64,000 nt of DNA from an uncultured Chlorobiota bacterium (GCA_947311255.1 CAMZKL010000043.1:1685-65684); one strand, 5' to 3'. Positions 19,437-29,047 are shown, counted from the stretch's first letter. Numbers and translations: made by a program. Notes: generated by a model from the sequence alone, not told the origin.

Positions 19437-21578
19437 ATGAACCACCTAATAACTATTTATATAATATATTTCTTTTTATTCTTTTCTATTAAAAATAGTT
19501 ATAGTCAAAATATTGATTTTAAATACCCAAAAACTTTTAAAGATACTACAAAAGAGGAATATTTTGGAACAAAAGTAAATACTCCTTTCTCTTGGTTAGA
19601 AGACGATAAATCCGAGAAAACAAAAAAATGGGTAAAATCTCAAAACAACATAACTTTTTCGTACTTAAATAAAATTCCATTTAAGAATAAAATAAAAAAA
19701 AGGCTTGAAGATATTTGGAATTATGAAAAAGTACAGGCACCAGTAAAAATTGGTAAATATTTTTATTTCTATAAAAACAATGGTTTACAAAATCAGAATA
19801 TTTTATATCGTTCAAAAGAACTACAAGGCAATGATATTGAAATTTTTTTAGACCCAAATACATTTTCAAAAGACGGAACAACTTCAATGAAATCTACAAG
19901 TTTTTCTTATGATGGCTCATTAATGGCATATCAAATTTCCGAAAAAGGCTCAGACCAAATGAAAGTTATTATTTTAGATACTAAAACTAAAAAGCAAGTT
20001 GATGACACATTAAAAAACATAAAATTCAGTAATATTTCATGGAAAGGAAATGAAGGTTTTTATTACAGTAGTTATTTCAATCCGAATAATTTCAATACTT
20101 TTTCAAACTCTTCAAAATATCATAAATTATATTTCCATAAAATTGGAAGCTCTCAGAAAAACGACAAACTTATTTTTGATGGAAATAAAAATAAAATAAG
20201 ATATATTAGAGCCTACTTAACAGAAGATCAAAGATTTCTAGTTATAAATGTACGGAAAAGAATTTCGGGGAACAAACTATATATCAGAGATTTACATTAT
20301 TCTAACAGCAAACTAATTCCTTTGATTCAGAATTTTGACAATGATGTTGTTATTATTGACAATCAAGATACAAGATTATTAATTTACACAAATTATAATG
20401 CCCCAAATTACAGACTTATTGAAGTTGATGCAAATGCAATCTCAATTAATAATTGGAAAGATGTTATTCCCGAAAGAAATAATGTTTTGAGTATATCAAA
20501 AGCAGGAGGATACCTTTTTGCAACATATTTGGTTGATGTTAAATCAAAAGTTATTCAATATGACTATGACGGAGAAAAAATTAGAAACATAGAATTACCG
20601 GCACCCGGAACAGTTAAAGGGTTTAATGCCAAAAAGGATGAGCATTTTTTATATTATACATTTACATCTTATACATACCCTTCAACAATTTTTAAATATA
20701 ATATTGAAAATGGATTAACTGAAATGTTTTGGAAACCAAATATTGATTTTAATCCGGAAAATTATGTAACAAAACAAGTTTTTGTTAATAGCAAAGATGG
20801 AACAAAAATACCGATGTTTATTGTTTATAAAAAAGGAATAAAACTAAACGGAAAAAACCCTACATACTTATTTGGCTACGGAGGTTTCAATATAAGTTTA
20901 AAACCATCATTTATAACTCAAAATATTGTTTGGTTAGAAAATGGCGGAATTTATGCCGAAGCAAACCTTAGAGGAGGCGGAGAATACGGAAGAGAATGGC
21001 ATAAAGCAGGAACAAAAATGCAAAAACAAAACGTTTTTGATGATTTTTTTGCAGTTGCTGAATTTTTAATAGAAAAAAAATATACATCTAATAATTTTCT
21101 TGCAATTGCAGGACCCTCAAATGGAGGCTTATTAATTGGAGCAACAATAACCCAAAGACCAAAATTAGCAAAAGTTGCATTACCTTCTGTTGGAATATTA
21201 GACATGTTAAAATATCAGAATTATACCGGAGGTGCCGGTTGGGCAAGTGAATATGGTACATCAGAAGAATCTGAGAAAATGTTTAAATATCTTTTAAACT
21301 ATTCCCCTGTTCATTCGGTAAAAGATGGAATTGATTATCCTGCTACACTAATTTTAACTGCAGACCACGACGATAGAGTTGTTCCTGCTCATTCTTTTAA
21401 ATTTGCTGCTGAATTACAAGCAAAAGCAAAAACTAACAACCCAATTTTAATTAGAATTGAAACAAATGCAGGACATGGTGCAGGAGGCGGAACTCCAACA
21501 TCTAAAATAATTCAACAAATTGCCGACAAATATGCATTTGCATGGTATAATATGGGAATAAATCCATTTAAAAATTAA
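19437..21578 (+). CDS. Prolyl oligopeptidase (S9A), paralog with non-lipoprotein signal peptide
   Basis: 713-aa ORF collinear with 17005-19134 (EEYFGTKVNTPFSWLEDD, GPSNGGLL, ADHDDRVVP, NAGHGAGGG). Signal MNHLITIYIIYFFLFFSIKNSYSQ has no Cys. Confidence 0.93.
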   Translation: MNHLITIYIIYFFLFFSIKNSYSQNIDFKYPKTFKDTTKEEYFGTKVNTPFSWLEDDKSEKTKKWVKSQNNITFSYLNKIPFKNKIKKRLEDIWNYEKVQAPVKIGKYFYFYKNNGLQNQNILYRSKELQGNDIEIFLDPNTFSKDGTTSMKSTSFSYDGSLMAYQISEKGSDQMKVIILDTKTKKQVDDTLKNIKFSNISWKGNEGFYYSSYFNPNNFNTFSNSSKYHKLYFHKIGSSQKNDKLIFDGNKNKIRYIRAYLTEDQRFLVINVRKRISGNKLYIRDLHYSNSKLIPLIQNFDNDVVIIDNQDTRLLIYTNYNAPNYRLIEVDANAISINNWKDVIPERNNVLSISKAGGYLFATYLVDVKSKVIQYDYDGEKIRNIELPAPGTVKGFNAKKDEHFLYYTFTSYTYPSTIFKYNIENGLTEMFWKPNIDFNPENYVTKQVFVNSKDGTKIPMFIVYKKGIKLNGKNPTYLFGYGGFNISLKPSFITQNIVWLENGGIYAEANLRGGGEYGREWHKAGTKMQKQNVFDDFFAVAEFLIEKKYTSNNFLAIAGPSNGGLLIGATITQRPKLAKVALPSVGILDMLKYQNYTGGAGWASEYGTSEESEKMFKYLLNYSPVHSVKDGIDYPATLILTADHDDRVVPAHSFKFAAELQAKAKTNNPILIRIETNAGHGAGGGTPTSKIIQQIADKYAFAWYNMGINPFKN

Positions 21579-21615
21579 GCAATTAAAAAAAAATAGTATA
21601 TATCGCAGAATTAAA

Positions 21616-22254
21616 ATGAATAACAATTTCATAGTAATAGAAGGAAATATTGGAGCAGGAAAAACAACATTAGCCAAGAAATTTGCAAATGAATATAATG
21701 CTCAATTCATTCCCGAAGATTTTGCAGAAAATCCTTTCTTACCAAAATTTTACAAAAACCCTGAAAAATATTCATTCCCGCTAGAACTTTCTTTTCTGGC
21801 AGATAGGTTTCATCAATTAAATAAAGAAATTAGAAATAGAGATTTATTCAAATCATTTGTAATCTCTGATTATTATTTTACAAAATCATTAATTTTTGCA
21901 AGAAATACACTATCAGAAGACGAATACAGTTTATATCGCAGAATTTTTGATATAATATATACTTCACTACCTAAGCCAGATTTATATGTATATTTATATC
22001 TTGACATTCATAATTTAATGAAAAACATAAAAAAACGAGGAAGAAACTATGAAAGAGATATAAAACCAGAATATCTTGATAAAATACAAAAAGGATATTT
22101 TGAATACATGAAACAACACAGAGAAAAATATAAATTCCTAGTTATTGATACAAATAAAATTAATTTTGTAAAAAACATTACAGATTATGATAAAATTAAA
22201 GATGTTATTTTAAATAAAGAATACAAAACAGGAATAAACAGAATAATTATTTAA
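21616..22254 (+). CDS. Deoxynucleoside kinase
   Basis: 212-aa ORF with P-loop IVIEGNIGAGKTTLAKKF and dNK-family layout (ENPFLPKFY, DRF). Confidence 0.85.
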   Translation: MNNNFIVIEGNIGAGKTTLAKKFANEYNAQFIPEDFAENPFLPKFYKNPEKYSFPLELSFLADRFHQLNKEIRNRDLFKSFVISDYYFTKSLIFARNTLSEDEYSLYRRIFDIIYTSLPKPDLYVYLYLDIHNLMKNIKKRGRNYERDIKPEYLDKIQKGYFEYMKQHREKYKFLVIDTNKINFVKNITDYDKIKDVILNKEYKTGINRIII

Positions 22255-22353
22255 AATACAAAAACAACTTTTTTTAACTCAACTTTGTACAAAATTCAAA
22301 AGAATTAGAATATAAACCTTAATTAACTTTTCAACTTTTAACTCTTGTAGGAT

Positions 22354-23091
22354 ATGAAAATTATGATATTTGCAGCAGGTCTTGGAACAAGACTCAAACA
22401 TCTAACTAATAACTCCCCAAAAGCACTTGTCAAGTTAAATAAAAAACCTATTTTAGAACATTTAATACTTAATTTAAAATCGCAAGGATTTAATGATTTT
22501 GTAATAAATGTGCATCATTTTGCAGACCAAATTGATGATTTCCTAAAAAAAAATAATAATTTCAACTCTAATATATACATTTCTGATGAAAGAGAAAAAC
22601 TGTTAGAAACTGGGGGTGGTCTTTTGAAAGCAAAAAAATTTCTTTCAGGTTCAAAAGAATTCATATTATATAATGCTGATATTTTTTCTGATATTAATCT
22701 TAAAAAATTAATTTCAGCACATAGAAAAAACAATGCCATAGCAACTCTTGCAGTCCAAAATAGAGATACTGCAAGAAAATTATTGTTTAATGAAAACAAT
22801 GAACTTTGCCAATGGAAAAATTTTCAAACAAACGAAGTTAAAATTGCAAAAAAAACTAACAGCAAATTAATAGCATGGGCTTTTTCAGGAATTCATATTG
22901 TAAATAATCAAATATTTAACGAGATAACCGAAAAAGGAAAATTTTCAATTATAAATTTATATTTACGATTAGCAGAAAAACATAAAATATCAGCATATAA
23001 AACAAAACATTCTTACTGGTTCGACATTGGAAAACCAGAAAATTTAATTGAAGCTGAAAATTATGCCCTAAAACATGCAACTAAATTATAA
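22354..23091 (+). CDS. Sugar-phosphate nucleotidyltransferase (MurU/GlmU-N-like)
   Basis: 245-aa ORF with signature MIFAAGLGTRLK....PKALV near the N-terminus. Confidence 0.8.
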   Translation: MKIMIFAAGLGTRLKHLTNNSPKALVKLNKKPILEHLILNLKSQGFNDFVINVHHFADQIDDFLKKNNNFNSNIYISDEREKLLETGGGLLKAKKFLSGSKEFILYNADIFSDINLKKLISAHRKNNAIATLAVQNRDTARKLLFNENNELCQWKNFQTNEVKIAKKTNSKLIAWAFSGIHIVNNQIFNEITEKGKFSIINLYLRLAEKHKISAYKTKHSYWFDIGKPENLIEAENYALKHATKL

Positions 23092-23125
23092 AAAACAATC
23101 TTATAGTAAATAAACATAAAACAAA

Positions 23126-25897
23126 ATGAACAAATTAAAACTAATTATTTTAACAACTTTAATACTTATTTCAGCTAGTATTTATTCCCAAAACAATTCT
23201 AAAATTTCAAATAAACTCCAAAACTTATTTGATACAAAGAATAAATCTGAATATTCAGTCTTTATATTTTATAAAGATAAAGGAGATAATTTAGCAAAAA
23301 AAATGGTTGATGCTGAAAAATTGTTACCTTCAAATGCAATAAAAAGAAGAAAAAAGTTAATGAAAAACAAAAGTTCTGTAGCAACTTTCTATGATATACC
23401 TCTAAACAAATATTATTTTAATGAAACAAAAAAATACATAAACAAACTAAGGCATAAATTAAAATGGCTAAATGCAATTTCAGCAGAAGCTTCCGAAGAA
23501 AACATAAAAAAAATTGCAAACTTACCCTTTGTAAAAAAAATTGATATTGTCAGAAAAGGAACAATAAACAGGGAAAACAATAAGATTGATTTTTCAAAGA
23601 ATAGAATGTACAATCCCTTTATTAAATCACCTAAAAACTCAAAATATAATTTAAACTACGGAGCTTCATTAACCCAACTGGAACAAATTAACGTTCCTAT
23701 TGTTCACGATATGGGCTATGACGGTTCAGGCGTAATTATTTGTGTAATGGATGCCGGATTTAATAATCTTGAACATCCTACTTTTAACAGCATGAACATT
23801 ATCGGACAATATGATTTTGTGAATGATGATGGAAATGTTGACGACGAAGGAGACATGGGAACAGGAAATCATGGAACAATGACTTTAAGTACAATTGGAG
23901 GTTTTCAAGAAGCTCAATTAATAGGCCCAGCATACGGTGCAAATTTTATTCTTGCAAAAACAGAAAATACAGATTCCGAAACAACAATAGAAGAAGATAA
24001 TTGGGTAGCTGCCGTGCAATGGGCAGAAGACAATTATGGTCCTGATGTAACTTCAACTTCTCTTGGGTACATTGATTTTGATGATGGAACTGGTTACAGT
24101 ACATCGGAATTAGATGGTAATACTGCAACAATTACAATAGGTGCAGATATTGCTGCAAGCCTTGGAATTCTTGTTGTTAATTCTGCTGGAAATGAAGGAA
24201 GCGGGGTAACCACAATTGGAGCACCTGCTGATGGAGATAGTGTTCTTGCAGTTGGAGCCGTATCTGCAGATAATAGCAGAGTATATTTTAGTTCTGTAGG
24301 ACCAACAGCAGACGGAAGAATAAAACCGGATGTAATGGCTATGGGTTCAGGTGTTGTTGTTGCAGAAGCTCCCTCTGGGACTGGATACACAACTGCAAGT
24401 GGAACTTCTTTTTCTTGCCCTTTAACAGGTGGAGCAGCTGCGTTACTTGTTCAAATGGTTCCAACAGCAAGCAATATGGAAATAATTGAGGCAATGAGAA
24501 TGACTGCAAATAACAGTAATTCTCCAAATAATGAATACGGTTGGGGAATTATTAATGTAAAAGCTGCTTATGAATATTTTGCTCCTTCTATAAATCATAC
24601 TCCATTATACGACACTGAAAATACTTCTGGACCATACCACATTACTGTTAATATAAATAGCCAATCGGATTTAATTTTAAATGAACAAAAATTATTTTGG
24701 AGAAGAAATAACGGTGCTTGGCAAACCATAATTATGAATTCTTCAAAAGAAAACGGAACCTTTTCGGCAGACATTCCCGGAGACGGTACAAATGCAAATT
24801 ATGATTATTATTTTAGTGCTAAAAATACTATTGCCACTAGAACATTACCAGAAAATGCACCATCATCATTTTTTAGTTTTTCAATAATAATTGATAATAC
24901 TTTTCCTGTAATAAATCACACTCCAATAGCAGAGTACTATAAAAATCTTTTTTCAGAAGCAAAAATAAATGCCGAAATTACAGATAATACAGGTCTTAAT
25001 TTACAAGAAAGTTATGTTGAATGGCTTATTAATAATAATTCCCAATCCAATTTCAATTTTGCTTTAACACAAGGCAATAACTATAGTGCTAATTTTCCAA
25101 ATACACTCATTAATATTGGCGATGTTATAAAATATAGACTAATTGCAACAGACAATGCAAATTCGCCTCATACAACATATTATCCTACAAGCGGATACAA
25201 TGAATTTACTATAACTGACCGTATAAGTTTTGAACAAAACCAATTTAGTCATAATTGGATTTTATCAGGTGAAGAAAACTGGTTTGTAACAAACTCTGAA
25301 CACCAAGATGGAAGTTTTTCTGCAAAATCAGGAAATATTGATGACAATCAAAAATCAATAATTTCAATATCTTTTACTTGTAATGAACCAGGGCAAGTTT
25401 CATTCTTTAAAAAAGTATCTTGCGAAGACAGTGGCTCTGATAATTGGGATTTTTTAAAATTTTCAATAGATGGAGTAGAAAAAGATAGATGGGATGGTGA
25501 AGTTTCTTGGAGTTCAGAAAATTATAATATTAATGCAGGAGAACATATACTTAAATGGTCTTATGAGAAAGATGGCAGTATTTCTACGGGAGATGACTGC
25601 GCATGGATTGATAATATAACATTACCAGAAAGTAGTGTTAATATTAAAACCTTCAAATCAAGTAATTTTAGACTATTTCCTAATCCTGCTAATGAATATA
25701 TTACATTTGATTTTAATAATGAACAAGAAAATTTAAATATTGAAATATACAATCAAACAGGAAAATTGATTAGAATTATCAATTCATATCAAAACAAAAG
25801 TACTATTGATGTTTCAAATTTTTCTTCCGGAATTTATTTATGTAAACTTATAAATAAAAAATCTGTTGAATTTGTTAAGTTTGTTATTTCTAGATAA
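23126..25897 (+). CDS. Subtilisin-like S8 serine protease with T9SS C-terminal sorting domain
   Basis: 923-aa ORF with a signal peptide. Triad contexts VMDAGF, GNHGTMT and SGTSFSCP. C-terminus FRLFPNPANEYITFDF...SGIYLCKLINKKSVEFVKFVISR. Confidence 0.9.
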   Translation: MNKLKLIILTTLILISASIYSQNNSKISNKLQNLFDTKNKSEYSVFIFYKDKGDNLAKKMVDAEKLLPSNAIKRRKKLMKNKSSVATFYDIPLNKYYFNETKKYINKLRHKLKWLNAISAEASEENIKKIANLPFVKKIDIVRKGTINRENNKIDFSKNRMYNPFIKSPKNSKYNLNYGASLTQLEQINVPIVHDMGYDGSGVIICVMDAGFNNLEHPTFNSMNIIGQYDFVNDDGNVDDEGDMGTGNHGTMTLSTIGGFQEAQLIGPAYGANFILAKTENTDSETTIEEDNWVAAVQWAEDNYGPDVTSTSLGYIDFDDGTGYSTSELDGNTATITIGADIAASLGILVVNSAGNEGSGVTTIGAPADGDSVLAVGAVSADNSRVYFSSVGPTADGRIKPDVMAMGSGVVVAEAPSGTGYTTASGTSFSCPLTGGAAALLVQMVPTASNMEIIEAMRMTANNSNSPNNEYGWGIINVKAAYEYFAPSINHTPLYDTENTSGPYHITVNINSQSDLILNEQKLFWRRNNGAWQTIIMNSSKENGTFSADIPGDGTNANYDYYFSAKNTIATRTLPENAPSSFFSFSIIIDNTFPVINHTPIAEYYKNLFSEAKINAEITDNTGLNLQESYVEWLINNNSQSNFNFALTQGNNYSANFPNTLINIGDVIKYRLIATDNANSPHTTYYPTSGYNEFTITDRISFEQNQFSHNWILSGEENWFVTNSEHQDGSFSAKSGNIDDNQKSIISISFTCNEPGQVSFFKKVSCEDSGSDNWDFLKFSIDGVEKDRWDGEVSWSSENYNINAGEHILKWSYEKDGSISTGDDCAWIDNITLPESSVNIKTFKSSNFRLFPNPANEYITFDFNNEQENLNIEIYNQTGKLIRIINSYQNKSTIDVSNFSSGIYLCKLINKKSVEFVKFVISR

Positions 25898-25984
25898 ATA
25901 TAATATTTTGTGATAAAAGTTACCTACACACTTTTCCATATATTTTAATTTTGCAGTATTATTAACATTAAAAAATAAATTATA

Positions 25985-26191
25985 ATGAAAAAAAATGTAG
26001 GAAAAACAGATAAGATTATTAGAATTGTTATTGCAATTATTCTAGTAGCACTATACTTTACAAATGTTGTAAATGGAACATTAGGAATTATTTTTCTTGT
26101 AGCTGCCGGAGTTTCAGTTGCAACTGCTTTAATTAATTTCTGCGGACTATATACTATTTTAGGTATAAACACTTGTAAAATAAAAAATTAA
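25985..26191 (+). CDS. DUF2892-like (YgaP-type) small membrane protein
   Basis: 68-aa ORF MKKNVGKTDKIIRIVIAIIL...ALINFCGLYTILGINTC. Preferred over the overlapping antisense ORF 25945-26172. Confidence 0.7.
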   Translation: MKKNVGKTDKIIRIVIAIILVALYFTNVVNGTLGIIFLVAAGVSVATALINFCGLYTILGINTCKIKN

Positions 26192-26216
26192 CTCAAAAAG
26201 TTAATGTATTGTTTTT

Positions 26217-26247
26217 AAAGCATCCTTATTTTTAGGATGCTTTTTTA
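26217..26247 (+). terminator. Rho-independent terminator
   Basis: Stem AAAGCATCCT / AGGATGCTTT, 7-nt loop, then a T-run. Confidence 0.8.
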
Positions 26248-26337
26248 TTTCTATGATAATATTTTAACAAAAGTATTTTTAAATCAATATAATATTTATG
26301 CTTTATTTAATTATTTTTACAAACTAAAATCAAAACA

Positions 26338-26904
26338 ATGGCAGGAAAATTAATAGTTTTTTCAGCACCTTCCGGTTCAGGAAAAACAACTATTGTAAGA
26401 GAAGTTTTAAAAGACGATATATTTAATTTTGAATTTTCAGTTTCGGCAACAAGCAGAAAAAAAAGAGGCAATGAAAAAAATGGAAAAGATTATTATTTTT
26501 TATCTGTTGAAGATTTTAAATCAAAAATATCTGATAATCAATTCATTGAATGGGAAGAGGTATATAAAAACCAATTCTATGGAACTTTAAAATCAGAAGT
26601 TAGGAGGATTATAAACAAAGGTAATAATATTATATTTGATATTGATGTTTTTGGCGGTATTAATATTAAAAAACAATTTGCAGAAGAATGTTTAACTATT
26701 TTCATAATGCCACCATCAGTAAAAGTACTTGAAAAAAGACTCAGACATAGAGGAACTGAAACAGAAGAAAGTCTTAAAAAACGTCTTGCAAAAGCAGAAA
26801 AAGAAATGACTTTTTCAAAAGAATTTGATGTAGTTGTTATAAATAATATTTTGGAAGACGTTATTATTGAAGTCAAAAAAATATTAGTTAATTTTTTATC
26901 ATAA
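26338..26904 (+). CDS. gmk: Guanylate kinase
   Basis: 188-aa ORF with P-loop SAPSGSGKTTIV and typical Gmk layout (SATSRKKRGNEKNGKDYYF, YGT). Confidence 0.95.
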   Translation: MAGKLIVFSAPSGSGKTTIVREVLKDDIFNFEFSVSATSRKKRGNEKNGKDYYFLSVEDFKSKISDNQFIEWEEVYKNQFYGTLKSEVRRIINKGNNIIFDIDVFGGINIKKQFAEECLTIFIMPPSVKVLEKRLRHRGTETEESLKKRLAKAEKEMTFSKEFDVVVINNILEDVIIEVKKILVNFLS

Positions 26905-26937
26905 TATTAGTTTGCACAATACATTACTCATAAAAAA

Positions 26938-26967
26938 AGGCGATAGTAAATATCGCCTCCTTTTTTA
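26938..26967 (+). terminator. Rho-independent terminator after gmk
   Basis: Stem AGGCGATA / TATCGCCT, loop GTAAA, then CCTTTTTTATT. Confidence 0.8.
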
Positions 26968-27088
26968 TTTATTTTAAAATATTTAATCAAACCAAGCTTT
27001 GAGTATTAGTATTTTTCGTTAAAAGTGTTCAAAACCCCAATAAAATCTAAGTTATGAAATTACAAACTTAGGGTTACAGAGATGTTGT

Positions 27089-27163
27089 AGCTCATTTGAA
27101 AAATAAATCCAGCTCATAAACAATGATATTTGAGCTAAATACACTATCTTTGTGAGCTAAATA
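27089..27163 (+). promoter_or_regulatory. Operator-like array of four AGCTCA/TGAGCT hexamers upstream of the Fic gene
   Basis: AGCTCAT at 27089 and 27111. TGAGCTAAATA at 27131-27141 and 27153-27163. Same-orientation copies are 22 nt apart and the array ends 7 nt before ATG 27170. Confidence 0.3.
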
Positions 27164-27169
27164 AATGAT

Positions 27170-28204
27170 ATGGACGATAAGAACTTGATAATAGAATACT
27201 TAAAGAAAAATCCCTATTCATCATCAAAAGAAATTTTTGAAGGTTTTGGAAGACAAAAAAGTCTTGCAACGGTAAAACGATTATTATCAAAACTAATACA
27301 AGAACAATTAATTGTATCGACGGGTAAGGGAAAATCAACACGATACAATCTATCTCCCGTTTATAAATTGTTTGAACCCATTGATATTGAAAAATATTAT
27401 GAAAAAGAGATTGACGAAAGAATAATAAAAGAAAATTTTAATTTTTCGATAATCTCTGAAATCTTACCGAAAACAAATTTATTTACAGAAAATGAACTTA
27501 CGAAATTAAATGAACTACAAGAAAATTTTACAAATAATATTTCAGAATTAAGTGGGTTAGAATTTAAAAAGGAATTGGAAAGACTTGCCATTGATTTGAG
27601 CTGGAAATCATCACAAATTGAGGGAAATACATATTCTCTTTTGGAAACAGAAAAATTATTAAAAGAAAAAGAAACAGCATCGGGAAAAACAAAAGAAGAA
27701 GCGGCAATGTTGTTAAACCACAAAGAAACTATTGATTTTATTGTTGAAAATCCTAATTATTTAATTCATTTAACTGTTTCTAAAATTGAAGATATTCATA
27801 GTATTTTAACAAAAGAACTTGCTGTTGACAGAAACATCCGAAAAAGAAGGGTTGGTATATCAGGAACAAATTACAAACCGATTGATAATGAGTTTCAGAT
27901 AAAAGAAGCTTTAAAAGGAATGTGCGATTTGATAAATAAGAAAGAGATTATTTTTGAAAAGGCTTTATTATCATTGATTTTGATTTCATATATTCAACCA
28001 TTTGTCGATGGAAACAAGCGTACAGCAAGAATTGTAAGTAATGCAATATTAATAAATCATAAATATTGTCCAATATCATTTAGAACTGTTGACAGTATTG
28101 ATTATAAAAAAGCAATGCTTCTGTTTTATGAGCAAAATAATATTTCAAGTTTTAAGAATATATTTATTGAACAATTTGAATTTGCAGTAAACACTTACTT
28201 TTAA
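27170..28204 (+). CDS. Fic-domain protein with N-terminal winged-helix and degenerate active-site motif
   Basis: 344-aa ORF. N-terminal wHTH-like region (EYLKKNPYSSSKEIFEGFGRQKSLATVKRLLSKL), inhibitory-helix motif SSQIEGN, and Fic motif region IQPFVDGNKRTAR (Gln where the catalytic His is expected). Confidence 0.85.
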   Translation: MDDKNLIIEYLKKNPYSSSKEIFEGFGRQKSLATVKRLLSKLIQEQLIVSTGKGKSTRYNLSPVYKLFEPIDIEKYYEKEIDERIIKENFNFSIISEILPKTNLFTENELTKLNELQENFTNNISELSGLEFKKELERLAIDLSWKSSQIEGNTYSLLETEKLLKEKETASGKTKEEAAMLLNHKETIDFIVENPNYLIHLTVSKIEDIHSILTKELAVDRNIRKRRVGISGTNYKPIDNEFQIKEALKGMCDLINKKEIIFEKALLSLILISYIQPFVDGNKRTARIVSNAILINHKYCPISFRTVDSIDYKKAMLLFYEQNNISSFKNIFIEQFEFAVNTYF

Positions 28205-28294
28205 AAAATAAATGAATAAAAACGAGCTACAACAAACGCTAAAAATAATTTTGGTTACGAGCCTCGCATTGATATTGTTCTGTTTTTGAGCCCC

Positions 28295-28324
28295 ACAAAA
28301 TCCTTTTTGGATTTTGTTTTATTT
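28295..28324 (+). terminator. Rho-independent terminator after the Fic gene
   Basis: Stem ACAAAATCC / GGATTTTGT, loop TTTTT, then TTTATTTT. Confidence 0.75.
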
Positions 28325-28510
28325 TAACGGCAAAAAGAATTTTGTTACTTTTTCCGTATGATATTTAATACAAAACAAGTCCAAAACGCTTATTAGCACA
28401 GTAGTTAGTTTTTCAGGTTGAAATAATTTGCTTTGCACTATAAAAAATCGCATTAATTGAATGAACCAAAATATTAATATATGAACAAACATTGGAATAA
28501 AGTGATAATA

Positions 28511-28747
28511 CTATTTTACACCTTTACATTCATCTCCTTCGGGATTTTCAACACATGAGAAATACCAAAGAGCTGCTCCAAATACAGTTTCTGCTCCAAT
28601 TAAAGAAAAAGAAAACACTTTAAAGCAATTGCAACTTAAACCAAATGCATTCATTAATATTCCCGCAATAATCAAAATAAAAACAATTGAAATACCTAAA
28701 ACTCCAAAAATTAATGATCCTTTTAATATGTTTTTTTGTAAATCCAT
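28511..28747 (-). CDS. Small Cys-rich membrane protein (hypothetical)
   Basis: The ORF-track start at 28774 is TTG; ATG at 28747 gives MDLQKNILKGSLIFGVLGISIVFILIIAGIL.... Two TM helices and five Cys in the C-terminal half. Confidence 0.4.
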   Translation of the reverse strand: MDLQKNILKGSLIFGVLGISIVFILIIAGILMNAFGLSCNCFKVFSFSLIGAETVFGAALWYFSCVENPEGDECKGVK

Positions 28748-28930
28748 AACTTTAATTTTTATTGTTATTAACAATACAAAGGTATGACATACAACGGTAT
28801 TTGCATAGAAAATGACTGTGCAAGTTAATAGATATTAACGTTAAATGTATCACATAAAAAAATGCGGAACTTTAAGTTTATTGCCTTATGATTTAGTATT
28901 TTCTTATAAGTGTACAAACTAAAATATAAA

Positions 28931-28978
28931 ATTTTACTACTTTAACCATAGAAATGCTACGATTAAAGTAGTAAAATT
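28931..28978 (-). terminator. Hairpin terminator downstream of htrA
   Basis: 15-bp inverted repeat ATTTTACTACTTTAA / TTAAAGTAGTAAAAT with an 18-nt loop. On the minus strand it is followed by TTTATATTTT. Confidence 0.6.
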
Positions 28979-29047
28979 AGAAAAGTGGTATATTCTGCAA
29001 TAGTTTGAGATCGTAATAGAAAGTTTTATATAATGTATTGAATGTTT

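Noticed and set aside
25945-26172. 75-aa minus-strand ORF overlapping the DUF2892-like gene
   Set aside because: The plus-strand frame matches the recognisable YgaP/DUF2892 pattern and is followed by a terminator. The minus frame is its shadow.
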